Part shown: piece by piece, positions 9,049-19,100 of the stretch
How positions within the stretch are numbered: the first letter of the stretch is position 1
Layout: each line of letters starts with the position of its first letter
From: a virus
Taxonomy: Duplodnaviria > Caudoviricetes
IMG/VR virus record: IMGVR_UViG_3300043447_000415
Span: 8,568 to 72,567 of that record
Reading direction: 5' to 3' (one strand)
DNA: 64,000 nt
Made by a program: the position numbers and the translations under genes
The notes under the pieces: generated by a model
What the model was told of the DNA's origin: nothing
Seen by the model: only the letters and a program-made list of their open reading frames with translations
The model's database searches: none

Positions 9049-10137
9049 CTACCCCATCAGGCACTTCAGCTTGATCTTGGCGGCGGTTGCGGGGTTCAGC
9101 GTCTCGGCTTTCCAGAACGCTTGGCGCACCACTTCTGGCGCGACCTCGTTCGGGTCTTTGTCTTTCGGCAAGAACGCGATCCGAGCAATGAGGCCCAGGC
9201 TGCGAACGACCAGCGCGGCCTTCACAGCGTCCTGAGTTGCCCGCTTCTCGCCGTCCCACATGAACGTGACCTCTTTGAGGCCCCGCTCCTTGAGCGCGAC
9301 GAGCTTGCCTACCTGACTCTCTGCCGTACCCTCAGACAGGTGCTTGCCGAAGGAGCCGACTGGCACCACGTCTCGCAAAGCGGGATCGCCGTCCAGTGCG
9401 ATCTTGGTGGCCATCACGTCGAACGCACCCTCCCCGATCACGATTCGAGTCGCTCCAACGGCGTTCTGGCCGTTGTAGAGGTATGCGCCCGTCGATGCGA
9501 AGCCAGGTGGAAACAGGTACTTTTGCTCTGCCGTACCCGTGATGTCGCGACCTTGGAAGCTCACGAGGTTGCCCTCGAGGTCGTAGATCGGAATCAGGAT
9601 GCGGCCCGCATAGCTCTGACGCCGCGTCTTGCCGCTTTCGTCAAGATAGACAAAAACGCCGTTGGTCGAGTAGCTCAGCCGAAAGTACTGGGCGATGTCG
9701 GCCGTGATGCCCCGGTTGTCCAGGTACTTCAGGTTGCGCCCGTTGTGCGGCATGGCGATCGATTCGGGCAGGTGGAGCTCACCCGTATCCCGAACTTGCG
9801 CCGTAGCCCGCACCTTCGGGTGCCAGCCCTGCTCTGAGGCCACGGTCTTGATGTGTTCGATCAAGTCCCGAGTGCTCACGGCCGTACCTAGAGTCGCCTG
9901 AATAAACTTCCACTTGTTGAACTTCGTCTCGCAGTCGCCCGAGAAGCAGTTGCCCAAACCATTCTCGGCGTTGAGATACACCTTCCAGTTTGAGCCACCA
10001 CAGCACGGGCACTCCTTGACGTTGAGTTGGGTGCCTCTGGAGCCGCGAGTGACCTTGTAGGTGACGCCCTCGCGGTCGAGCCACGACTCCATGTCGATCG
10101 TCTCCAGGGCTTCCTGGAGGTCTTCGTTACGACTCAT
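9049..10137 (-). CDS. DNA primase (Zn finger plus TOPRIM)
   Basis: CPCCGG...CFSGDC; FQGRDI; IVIGEGAFDV; WDGE; downstream of the helicase. Confidence 0.9.
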   Translation of the reverse strand: MSRNEDLQEALETIDMESWLDREGVTYKVTRGSRGTQLNVKECPCCGGSNWKVYLNAENGLGNCFSGDCETKFNKWKFIQATLGTAVSTRDLIEHIKTVASEQGWHPKVRATAQVRDTGELHLPESIAMPHNGRNLKYLDNRGITADIAQYFRLSYSTNGVFVYLDESGKTRRQSYAGRILIPIYDLEGNLVSFQGRDITGTAEQKYLFPPGFASTGAYLYNGQNAVGATRIVIGEGAFDVMATKIALDGDPALRDVVPVGSFGKHLSEGTAESQVGKLVALKERGLKEVTFMWDGEKRATQDAVKAALVVRSLGLIARIAFLPKDKDPNEVAPEVVRQAFWKAETLNPATAAKIKLKCLMG

Positions 10138-10264
10138 TTGCCCGCTCCTGAATGTCGCGCATCTGCTTCTTGCGCTCTTTCTTCCAGAAGACGCGTTTCC
10201 AGTCCCGCAGGTGCTTCCACCATTGCGGTGGAGCTGCGAGGTTTCCTTTCTTGACGCCTGCCAT
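10127..10264 (-). CDS. small basic Trp-rich protein (45 aa, MAGVKKGNLAAPPQWWKHLRDWKRVFWKKER...), absent from the ORF track
   Basis: ATG overlaps the helicase TGA; fills the gap exactly. Confidence 0.6.
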   Translation of the reverse strand: MAGVKKGNLAAPPQWWKHLRDWKRVFWKKERKKQMRDIQERANES

Positions 10265-11691
10265 CACTCTCTCCGAACGATCGACTCGATGAACTTCATC
10301 TTGGCGATGTCTTGCTTGATGAACAGCGTGAAGCCGGACTCCTGGTTACGCGATGCGGCAAAGTACAGGCGTGCTTCGTTCTTCGATCGCTCCTCGTCGG
10401 TGATGTTGATGGAGATCATCAGATCAACCGTCCGCACCTTGTTGAAGTCTTCGGCGACGTGCTCGGCTTTGGCCACGGTCGCTTTGTAACCTTCTCGGTT
10501 GGTCTGAGTGGCCGTGAGCATCGCCACGTCTTTCTCTTGCGCGATGGCCCGAAGGTCCACGTAGACCGACTTGGAGTTCTCGATCACATCGTTGTAGCGG
10601 AAGTTCGGGGCCATGATGTCGGCGTAGTCCACGACGACCAGATCGAACTTCATGCCCTTCGCTTCGTAGCGATCCAGCAGTGCCCGCAGTTGCTTGGGCG
10701 CGAAGGTGCCAGAGGGGTACTCGTGAATCTTCAGTTCGCCGTGCGGGAGCGCTGCCAGCGCCTCGATCTTTGCTTCAACATCCTTGATCTTGCTGCCGAG
10801 CGATCGAATTTCCGTGTCGCTCATTGAGGCGTCAAGTCGTTCGCTGATGATGCGAGCCGACACTTCGAGGGTGACGTACAGCGTGTTGAAGCCCTTAAGC
10901 GATGCGGACTTCGCAAAGCCGATCAGAGCGGTTGTCTTGCCCGACTTGGCCCCACCCATGATGGTGGCCAGCTCCTTTCGACCCCACCCTCGGTGATAGA
11001 GGATTTCGTCCAGCTTCAGGTGCCCTGTGGTGATGCCTCGCGGAGGTTTGGTTCCGGCCGCATCGTCGAGTCGTTCGGCTGTGCGCAGGCTGATGTTCGA
11101 GTAGTAGTCGTAGGCGCCGCCGTCTTCGTTGATACCGACCTCGACCGCTTCCTTGATGTACTGCTCGACCTTCTCGAACTCGCCGCGCTGCACGAGCTCC
11201 ACTGATTTGAGAATGGCGGCGCTGGTGGCCTGGTGACGGGCGAACTCGACGATCCGCTCTTCGATGTACTCACGCCCCGATGCGTCTGTGGCGTTGAAGA
11301 GTTTCTTCCAGGTCGCGACCGCAAGCGGCACGACATCTTTCTTGATGACCTTGTTGGCTACACCACGTCGAATGATGTCGGCCATGATGGTCTTGTCGGG
11401 CAGACTGCGACTGCGGCCGTGATAGGACAGCGCCAGGTTGACCAGCGTTGCTTCCCCCGCGTCCTCGAAGTACTGAGGTCGCAGGAGGTGCCCCACTCGG
11501 TTGACGAACTCGATGTTCTGAGTGGCCAGAACGGCGACTCGAGTCTGAAACTCTGCATCGAAGTCGAACTTCTCCGTGATGTCGTCCATCACGGTTGCGG
11601 TGGGGGTGGTTGGTGTTGTGGTCTCGCCCTCAAATGACGAGCCGATCATTTCAGCGGTAGATTGCTCCGCGATAGAGTTTGCGTCCGTCAT
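10264..11691 (-). CDS. DnaB-like (SF4) replicative helicase
   Basis: Walker A GGAKSGKT, LYVTLE, VVVDYAD, TATQTNR, ASRNQ. Confidence 0.92.
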   Translation of the reverse strand: MTDANSIAEQSTAEMIGSSFEGETTTPTTPTATVMDDITEKFDFDAEFQTRVAVLATQNIEFVNRVGHLLRPQYFEDAGEATLVNLALSYHGRSRSLPDKTIMADIIRRGVANKVIKKDVVPLAVATWKKLFNATDASGREYIEERIVEFARHQATSAAILKSVELVQRGEFEKVEQYIKEAVEVGINEDGGAYDYYSNISLRTAERLDDAAGTKPPRGITTGHLKLDEILYHRGWGRKELATIMGGAKSGKTTALIGFAKSASLKGFNTLYVTLEVSARIISERLDASMSDTEIRSLGSKIKDVEAKIEALAALPHGELKIHEYPSGTFAPKQLRALLDRYEAKGMKFDLVVVDYADIMAPNFRYNDVIENSKSVYVDLRAIAQEKDVAMLTATQTNREGYKATVAKAEHVAEDFNKVRTVDLMISINITDEERSKNEARLYFAASRNQESGFTLFIKQDIAKMKFIESIVRRE

Positions 11692-11696
11692 ACATT

Positions 11697-11990
11697 TCAG
11701 ACCGCTTTGTTTTGATCTTCAGGATTGGTCCAGAAGCATTCGATGGCGTGCTTGAAGATGACGAACACCTGATAGCCGCCGCCGTTGGGGCGATCGACCT
11801 TCAGGCTGATCGTGTACTTGTCTGAGTGCTTGATGACGCCCTTCATCGGGGGTGCGTCCGAGCTTGTAATCAGAGCGACATTGACGACCGCTCCTGCGGC
11901 CTCGAGTGCTTTGAGAAATGCTTCGTGGCCTTTGGGCGTGACGGGCTTCTTGATGAGGGGCGCTTTGCTGCGCGGGGTGATGTCGGACAT
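11697..11990 (-). CDS. hfq: Hfq-like Sm-fold RNA chaperone
   Basis: HEAFLKAL helix, MKGVIKHSDKYTISL (Sm1), VIFKHAI (Sm2, compare YKHAI). Confidence 0.8.
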   Translation of the reverse strand: MSDITPRSKAPLIKKPVTPKGHEAFLKALEAAGAVVNVALITSSDAPPMKGVIKHSDKYTISLKVDRPNGGGYQVFVIFKHAIECFWTNPEDQNKAV

Positions 11991-12051
11991 AGTGTTCTCC
12001 GTGATATGAAAATTGCTGACCTGCTCAGTATAGCTCAGGCGTGACTGACAT

Positions 12052-12825
12052 TTATCGACATTCGTCGATTGCCGCCCGAACTACCCGCTCGTCGAACTCC
12101 CGAAGTGCGGTCTCGATGCGTAGCGTCTGCTCAATATAGAGCGAAGCGTGAAGCGAGTATTGGGGGTGTCGGCGAGTCTTGATCTGAGCGACGAGGTAAG
12201 TCTCCCAATCGAGCTGATCCACATGACCGAAGAAGTTGGCCACCTTATAGCGGGTGTCTTTGGGGAACTGAATGCGAGCGGCGCACTCCTCTTCCCAGGC
12301 CAGCATGACATCGGTGATGAGGTCGGCGTTGGCGCCGATGTGAGAGGGTCTTGGCGCTGCGCGAGCGCCCTTGTCCAGCTTCTTCAGATACCAGCCGTCG
12401 TGGCTGTACCAGCGAAATGCCTGGTTCAGGAAGAAGTCGTAGCGCATACCGAGGCTGTCGGCCAACTGACGCAGTCGCCAGACCGAGAGCCGTTCGCGCG
12501 CCTCCATGATGTTCATCTCCTTGAACGCCCGCATGAAGCGCCCGCTACGGTCGTGTGTTGCCACCATGAACCGCTGATAGGCTCGGTTGAACTCGTGCGC
12601 GAAGAGGTACGTTGCTTTGGTCGGGTGCATCCGACGGTAGTCGAACCACTTGACCCGGTACAGAGCCGCCTCCTTCTTCAGAAGCGCTGTGGGGACGTGC
12701 TGGATGGCCAGGAGCTCCGCATGAAGCAGCCCCAGGTCATGGCCGTAGAAGTAGCCGAACCACTCGGTCAGTTTCGGGGAATCGGGAGGGGTTGGAGCCG
12801 GCATAGAAGGTAAGAGTAAATTCAC
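12052..12825 (-). CDS. hypothetical protein (257 aa) heading the replication block
   Basis: Long ORF, backbone-like codon usage; no motif recognised. Confidence 0.75.
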   Translation of the reverse strand: MNLLLPSMPAPTPPDSPKLTEWFGYFYGHDLGLLHAELLAIQHVPTALLKKEAALYRVKWFDYRRMHPTKATYLFAHEFNRAYQRFMVATHDRSGRFMRAFKEMNIMEARERLSVWRLRQLADSLGMRYDFFLNQAFRWYSHDGWYLKKLDKGARAAPRPSHIGANADLITDVMLAWEEECAARIQFPKDTRYKVANFFGHVDQLDWETYLVAQIKTRRHPQYSLHASLYIEQTLRIETALREFDERVVRAAIDECR

Positions 12826-12884
12826 TCATGAAGTATATTGAATATACGCGGGGCGAAAATTCCCCGCGTATTTCCCCGCACCGA

Positions 12885-13649
12885 TCAGTCGGCGCCAGGT
12901 GTCTCGTAGGCTTCCACGATCTCTTGCACCAGACCGGAACGGACCACGTCTTCACGCGAAAAGCGGACACACTTGACGCTCGGAATGTGCGAGACCCGTT
13001 TGATCGCGTCCTCAAGACCCGAAACCCCGTGAATGTCTTTCTGGTTGATGTCCCCGTTCACCACGACCTTGCACTCCTGCCCGATGCGGGTGAGGAAGAG
13101 CTTCATCTGGTTCGGGGTGGTGTTCTGGCCTTCATCCAGGATCACGAAAGCCCGCTTGAAGGTACGGCCCCGCATGTAGGCAAGGGGTGCAGCCTCGATG
13201 CGGCCCATCTTCATCAGGTACTCCACGAAGCTCTTGCCGAGCCGTTCGTTGAGCACGTCACGGAAGGGTTGCAGGAACGGGTCGAACTTGTCTTCGATCT
13301 CGCCAGGCAGAAAGCCCAGAGACTCGCCCGCTTCAACTGCGGGGCGGGTAATGATGATCTTGTCGATGACGCCTTCGGAGAGCGCTTGCGCTGCCAGAGC
13401 GCCGCACAGCCAGGTCTTGCCCGTACCGGCAGGGCCTGTTGCGAACGTCAGCTCGAAGGATTTGATGGCGCTGATGTAGCGCTTCTGGGATTCGTTGAGC
13501 GCCTCGATTGGCTGACGAGCAGCGCGGTCTTGGCGAGGCACGGAGAAGTCATTGTGGGCCTCCGTATTCTCTTCTCGGAGCAGTGCGCCCCTCTTGACTG
13601 GACGCTTGGGTGCTCGCTTCGGAACAGCGGGGGCTTTTGCTCGTGCCAT
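12885..13649 (-). CDS. phoH: PhoH-family ATPase
   Basis: GPAGTGKT, RPAVEAGESLGFLPG, YMRGRT, ILDEGQN, GDINQKD. Confidence 0.93.
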   Translation of the reverse strand: MARAKAPAVPKRAPKRPVKRGALLREENTEAHNDFSVPRQDRAARQPIEALNESQKRYISAIKSFELTFATGPAGTGKTWLCGALAAQALSEGVIDKIIITRPAVEAGESLGFLPGEIEDKFDPFLQPFRDVLNERLGKSFVEYLMKMGRIEAAPLAYMRGRTFKRAFVILDEGQNTTPNQMKLFLTRIGQECKVVVNGDINQKDIHGVSGLEDAIKRVSHIPSVKCVRFSREDVVRSGLVQEIVEAYETPGAD

Positions 13650-13716
13650 GTACTACAAACCTTGAAGTTGATCCTGTCGTTACTATACCTCAGTCATCCG
13701 TGACTGACGCGCCGGA

Positions 13717-15045
13717 TCAGCGAATTCTTGCAGGGATTGACGCATCGACCTCATGGGGCTCGCGGTGATACCACTTGCCGCCAGCCACTGCGAAGTCGGT
13801 GACGGAGATGTAGTCAAACGCGGTGGAGCGCGTGTGCGTGTCTACGTTGACGAGGGCGAACCCGTTGTGCCACCGCTCGCCTTCGCAGTACGAGGCGCTG
13901 CGCTTGTGACCGGAGCCGAGCTGGTGCCATTCATACGCGCCGTAGACGGGGTTGAACTCGCTCCAGACCTGATGCTTGTGATGATGGCCATTGATGCCTG
14001 GCAGGCCCATGTTGCGAGCGTGCGGGAAGTGATGGCACAACACCGTGTCGAAGTAGACCTTGTAGTTCTGCGCCAACTCTTTCTCGAAGTCGCGCTTGGT
14101 GAAGGCGGCCAGGTCGGCTTTGGCGATGTAGTTGATCTCGAACTTCTCCAGGCCCAGCAGCTTGGCTACCGTGAAGCCGTGAAGGTCGGAGAGCACCGCA
14201 CGCAGAGCCGGTGTGGCGTCTGCAAGCTGGCGAAGCAAGCGTGCCTCGTGGTTGCCTTCGATGAAGTCGATCTGAGCCTCGGGGCACACATCGCGCAGCG
14301 GGGCAAGGATAGCCTCGTGGGCAAACTTGATGCGACCCACGACATCCCATTCACGCGGATCGACGCCGTACTTGCCGAACTCGGGCAGGTCGAAGATGTC
14401 GCCCGCAAGCACGATCACATCTGGCTGGACGCGCTCTGCGGTGTCGATCAGGACGCGCAGGTAGAACGGGTCGATCTCGACATCGTGCAGGTCCGAGCAG
14501 GTGAGGATGGTCTTGAAGCGGTTGTTGTTGGTGCGGACGTACTTGTCGGCCCAGTCCTGGCGCTCGACGTTCATCACCCGGTAGTGATCGACCGATGCGT
14601 GCTTGGCGATGTGTCGCTCGTGAGCGTGCTGCTGACGCGAGAGCTTGATGCCGGCCTGGCGCTTGAATTCCTCGAAGGTGCCGAAGTAGCGGTTCCAGGT
14701 GGATTCGGAGATGGCGCTGTGGTTACGGAAGTAGTTTCGGGTGACGATCTTCTCGGTGTCGAGCTCCGAGATGCGTCGCAGCTCCTCGATGCACTCTTCC
14801 GGACCCCAGTGCTCCATGAACTTGGAGCTGTCTTCCGACATGGGGCTGTCGTTGACGGGCGCTCGATTGATGAGCTTCGGGCCCTTTGGGTCGTTCTTGA
14901 AGGTGGAGCGAATGAAGCCCGCCTTGTTGCGAACTGTCTTCAGAGAGATGCCGAGCACTTTGGCCACGTCGGCAACTGAGGGGTATTTGTCCAGGTCGTT
15001 GTAAACCTCGATGAATTGGTCAATGTCGGTTGGGTGTGCGGACAT
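13717..15045 (-). CDS. calcineurin-like metallophosphoesterase with N-terminal HTH and helical repeat
   Basis: SDLHD, GDIFD, GNHE, GHHH; N-terminal SVADVAKVLGISLKTVRN. Confidence 0.82.
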   Translation of the reverse strand: MSAHPTDIDQFIEVYNDLDKYPSVADVAKVLGISLKTVRNKAGFIRSTFKNDPKGPKLINRAPVNDSPMSEDSSKFMEHWGPEECIEELRRISELDTEKIVTRNYFRNHSAISESTWNRYFGTFEEFKRQAGIKLSRQQHAHERHIAKHASVDHYRVMNVERQDWADKYVRTNNNRFKTILTCSDLHDVEIDPFYLRVLIDTAERVQPDVIVLAGDIFDLPEFGKYGVDPREWDVVGRIKFAHEAILAPLRDVCPEAQIDFIEGNHEARLLRQLADATPALRAVLSDLHGFTVAKLLGLEKFEINYIAKADLAAFTKRDFEKELAQNYKVYFDTVLCHHFPHARNMGLPGINGHHHKHQVWSEFNPVYGAYEWHQLGSGHKRSASYCEGERWHNGFALVNVDTHTRSTAFDYISVTDFAVAGGKWYHREPHEVDASIPARIR

Positions 15046-15090
15046 GCGCCCTACTCCTTTGGGCTGCCGCCCCGGTTAAACAAGGGGAAC

Positions 15091-15429
15091 TTAAGCCTGT
15101 GTGGTCGCCGCCATCTTGACGACTTGCCAGACCCCGTAAAGAACTGCGCTGCCGATTACAGCCCAGATGATCTGAATTGCCTTGACGGACACTTTGATGG
15201 TTGTGTCCTGCTTGACGTGCGCCAGCTCGAGTGCCGACTGCCTGTCAGCGATTCGCTCCAGCTTTTCCGTCACGCGAAGCATGTTGGATGACATGGTTTG
15301 GTGACGCTCTTCCAAGACCGCGATCTTGGAGAGAGCATCAGCCATCTTCGACATGCTAGTTTTCATGTCTTCCAGATCGTTCTGGATGACTTTGAAACTG
15401 GCTTCAATGACTTGTTCGGTGGACGACAT
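15091..15429 (-). CDS. coiled-coil protein with C-terminal TM helix (holin/XhlA-like)
   Basis: IAVLEERH coiled coil plus one hydrophobic helix. Confidence 0.5.
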   Translation of the reverse strand: MSSTEQVIEASFKVIQNDLEDMKTSMSKMADALSKIAVLEERHQTMSSNMLRVTEKLERIADRQSALELAHVKQDTTIKVSVKAIQIIWAVIGSAVLYGVWQVVKMAATTQA

Positions 15430-15535
15430 CGCGGACTTTCAAGGTCAATTTCGGATGCCGGATTCTAACCGATGTGAAATCATTCGTGAAGTACTTTCGT
15501 CCTTTGTCGAATTTGCACAAAACCTTATATAAGGT

Positions 15536-15778
15536 TTAGTCCTCGTCACTCAGGCCAGCTTTGATCTGTTCAGCAGGCTGTTCGCGCACTGGCACAGGCT
15601 TGTTGGCAAGTGCTTGTGCGGCATTCTGCGCTTGCACTTGTTGAATGATTTGACCTTCCAGTTTGTTCATCACGGTGCGCGATGTCTTGGAGGGCAGTTC
15701 GTTCAGACCTACCATGATGGCTTCGATTTCTTGGCCAGTCAGGTCGTTGAGCTGGAAGGTTTGCTGATTTTGTTGCAT
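15536..15778 (-). CDS. hypothetical protein
   Basis: Preceded by TATAAT, operator and RBS GGAG. Confidence 0.6.
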   Translation of the reverse strand: MQQNQQTFQLNDLTGQEIEAIMVGLNELPSKTSRTVMNKLEGQIIQQVQAQNAAQALANKPVPVREQPAEQIKAGLSDED

Positions 15779-15828
15779 GAGGTTCTCCGGTTATGTCAAC
15801 AGTGACTTACCCATTATAGCCAACAAGC

Positions 15829-16182
15829 TCAGGGAGCTGCGGGAGTTTCGGGTTCAGGTGCGGGTGCCCAGGGCAGTGGGGCGCTGTCGAGCGCTGCCTC
15901 TTGAACCATCTTGTCGAGCACGGACTGGATGTGCGCTTTGATGCTGGGCATACGCTCGACTTCGGCCGCTTCGATCCAGGCGACAACGACTTCCGGCGTC
16001 AGCGAAGTCAGCGGGATGAAGTCTTCCGCGTCGGGCTCGCCCATCATGGTCTTCTGAGGCAGCTCGAACGACTGGCCGTTCTCGGTGCCCTTCAGAGTCC
16101 ACTCGACGTGCTTGACGACGGACTCCAATTCGCCAACGGTTGTCGTGCGAATGGCCGTGATGGTGATAGTGAATTCAGTCAT
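15829..16182 (-). CDS. tail-fibre-associated protein
   Basis: Immediately downstream of the fibre gene; VKHVEW...LPW type seen after phage fibres. Confidence 0.6.
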   Translation of the reverse strand: MTEFTITITAIRTTTVGELESVVKHVEWTLKGTENGQSFELPQKTMMGEPDAEDFIPLTSLTPEVVVAWIEAAEVERMPSIKAHIQSVLDKMVQEAALDSAPLPWAPAPEPETPAAP

Positions 16183-16185
16183 GAC

Positions 16186-19100
16186 TTATCCTTCAATGAG
16201 TTTGGAAACAAGGGCTTCGAGTTTAGCGACTCGGGCGCGGAGATCGACATTATCTTTTGCCAGTTCAACGGCGGCGGCGAGCGCTGCGTTGCCGTAAGCG
16301 ACAGAAAGCAAATCCTCCTTCTCATGATAGTCCACCGCTTCAGGGAGAACTTTCTGGAGAGATTGTGCGGAAACGCCAACTTGACGTTTGCCGGTGTCGG
16401 TTCGGTCAAAGACGCCCGACTTGACTTGAGCCAATCTGGCAACAAAGTCGTCGGCCAGGTCCGACCAATTGGTCTTCAGCTTCTCATCCGAGTAAGCCGT
16501 GATGTTGCCGGCTGCCCAGATCGAGCCACCGAAGGTGGCGTTGTTGTTCGTCAAGTCCCAGTACACGGGCCAGTAGCCGCCAACTTGAGCCCACGAGGTC
16601 GAGTTGTTTGCACCTCGAAGGATATACATCAGGTTGGAATTGCAGTGCAGCATCGCACTGTTGTTGTCCGTATCCTGGAGATAGATCGTGGGACTTGCGT
16701 TATTCACCGTCACGTTGCCGGTGAGAGATAGGTTGCCGGTCAGAGACCCGCCAGCGAGTGGCAGGTAGCTCGAGAGCGTCGATGACGAGACTGCGTCAGT
16801 GATGCCGTAGCCCGCGACGGTGGTTGGTTTGCCGCTCACGCCACTCCAGGCAACCGAACCTGCACTGCCGGTGACGTTGATGCTCCATGTGCCCGAGGCT
16901 CCACCGCCCGACAGTGTAGGTGCATAGCTGGCGATGTTCTCGCTCGTCATCATGGCGCGCCAGCCTGGCGCGTAACCACTGCCTTGGTCGTTATAGACCA
17001 ATACCTGGAAGCCACCCGCGCCCGTTGTGGGGCGCGTAATGCGGACGTGCTTTTCAGCGCTGTTGATCCACGTTTCGATCACGCAGCCAGCCATATCGAC
17101 TGTGCCGAACCCTGTGTCGGTCAGGTCATTGTTGCCCGCGTAGTCCCAGGCGCACTTGGCAACCGAATGGGCGAAGTTGAACATGCCCAGCGTCGTGAGG
17201 TGGGCGATCAGTTGCGCTGTTGTGCAGTTCGCGTTAGTGCCGTTGGGGTTAATGTAGATTGTGCCAAACGACTTAAAGCCCGAGACCGAGCCCGCGCTGC
17301 CGGTGATGTTGATGCCCCACGTACCTGAAGCACCGGAACCTGTCAGTGACGGCGAGTAGCTGGTGTAGTTGCCTGCGTGGAGGACTACGTTGTTGTTGAC
17401 GTATGAAGCTGATGGTGTAACCGCAAAGTTAACGCCCGTCGCAGAAGTTGATCCGTTTACGGAAACACCAAATGTATCTGCGCCACCAATACCAGCACCA
17501 CCTTGAAAGTAGCTGATGCCGTATGTAGTTGCGTTTCCAAACGACCAGATTGGGTTGCGTACCCCACCGTAGTAGACGTCGTTGCGAAAGCCGTTGTTCC
17601 CGCCCGATGTCACTGCACCAATAAACGAGCTGTAGCTGGTGTAGTTGCCGCTGTGCAGGTACGGAAGGTTGCCGCTGTACCGATACAACTGGCCGTCTAC
17701 CAATACATCTTTATTGAAGTAGAACGAAGGTCGGTCCGTTTGAAAGTGGCTGTGCGACGTGTTCAGGGGGCCGATAGTCACATAACCATTTGCGTTCACA
17801 AACGACGCATAGTTGTTGCCGTCAAGGTGCAGGCCGTATGCGGTGTTGTCTCTGCTAAATCGAGCAATCCCGCCAAACGCGTCGATGTGCGCCGTGCCGT
17901 TCGTGTTTTGGCCGACCTGAAGCTGTGTGTTGATACGAACGCTGCTGGAGCTAAGAGCAAGCAATGTTGCCGGGGTGACCCCACTTGCGTTTCCAACACG
18001 AATGCGAAGACCGTCAAAGACGTTCATCTTCATGCCGTCCCAACCACCCTCGCCGTCGATGTTGTTGTAGTTGTTGTAGATCGAGTGGTTAGCGTCGTTG
18101 TAAGTCGAGCTGAATGACAAGCGCTGTCGGCTGACGTTCAATGCACCTGTAACCGTGCCACCACTCAAAGGCAAGGCGTAGGAGCTGTAGTTACCATCAT
18201 GAAGCAGCGTGTACCAAGCATTCCAGGTGCTGTCGATACCGTTGCGAATGCTTAGCTTTGGTTGACCAGATGCGTTAACCCCGCTCCCGTTTGCAAACGC
18301 AAGTTGATACGACGAGTCGCCGGTACTTGCGCTGGTGCCAGTCCAAGGGCTAAACGTCATCACGCCTGCGTAGTTGCCAGAGCCGTTGCCGACACCAGCA
18401 CCCACAAAATCAAAGTTTACTGTTCGCGTGAAGCTGTTTGGAAGGCGATCAGAGAGGTTGCGTGGGCCGTCTTCAAAGCCAATCCTGCGTGCCGATCCAG
18501 TAACGCTAATTCCCCAGATACCAGAAGCACCTGAGCCACCTAACGAGGGGCTGTAGCTTGTGTAGTTGCCAGCGTGCAGGACTTGATTCCCAGCTTGCTG
18601 GATTGCTCCTTCGACGTTCAGGCCGTTTGTCGGGTTGCTGGTCGCAGCGTACCCAGAACCAATTGTCATGCCGCCGTTTACATGCAGCTTCTTGCCAGAT
18701 ACCGCTGAACCGCCGCCGCCAATGGCAAACGTACTCGTCGAGCCGTTAAACCATGTGTAGTCGGTGCCCGCCACGTCAGTCCAGCTAATCCCAGCCCATG
18801 AGGTGCCACCCCCGTTAAGGATGATCTGGGTATCGCTGGCATTTGAGAACGTAGTAACGCCAGTAACCGTACCGCCGCTCAGCGGAAGCGCATACGAGCT
18901 GTAGTTACCTGCGTGGAGCGCTTGGTTTCCACCAATCTGAAGCGTACCGGAGTCAAAGTACGTTGCAGCACCACGGATGTAGTTCACATAGCTACTGCCG
19001 TTGTAGTAGCCAAAATGTGTTTTGTTATCCCCTTGCCCGGTAGCGTAAGCGTGCGTACTAAAAATTGACACACCGGAGCTGATTCTTGACGAAGGTGTGG

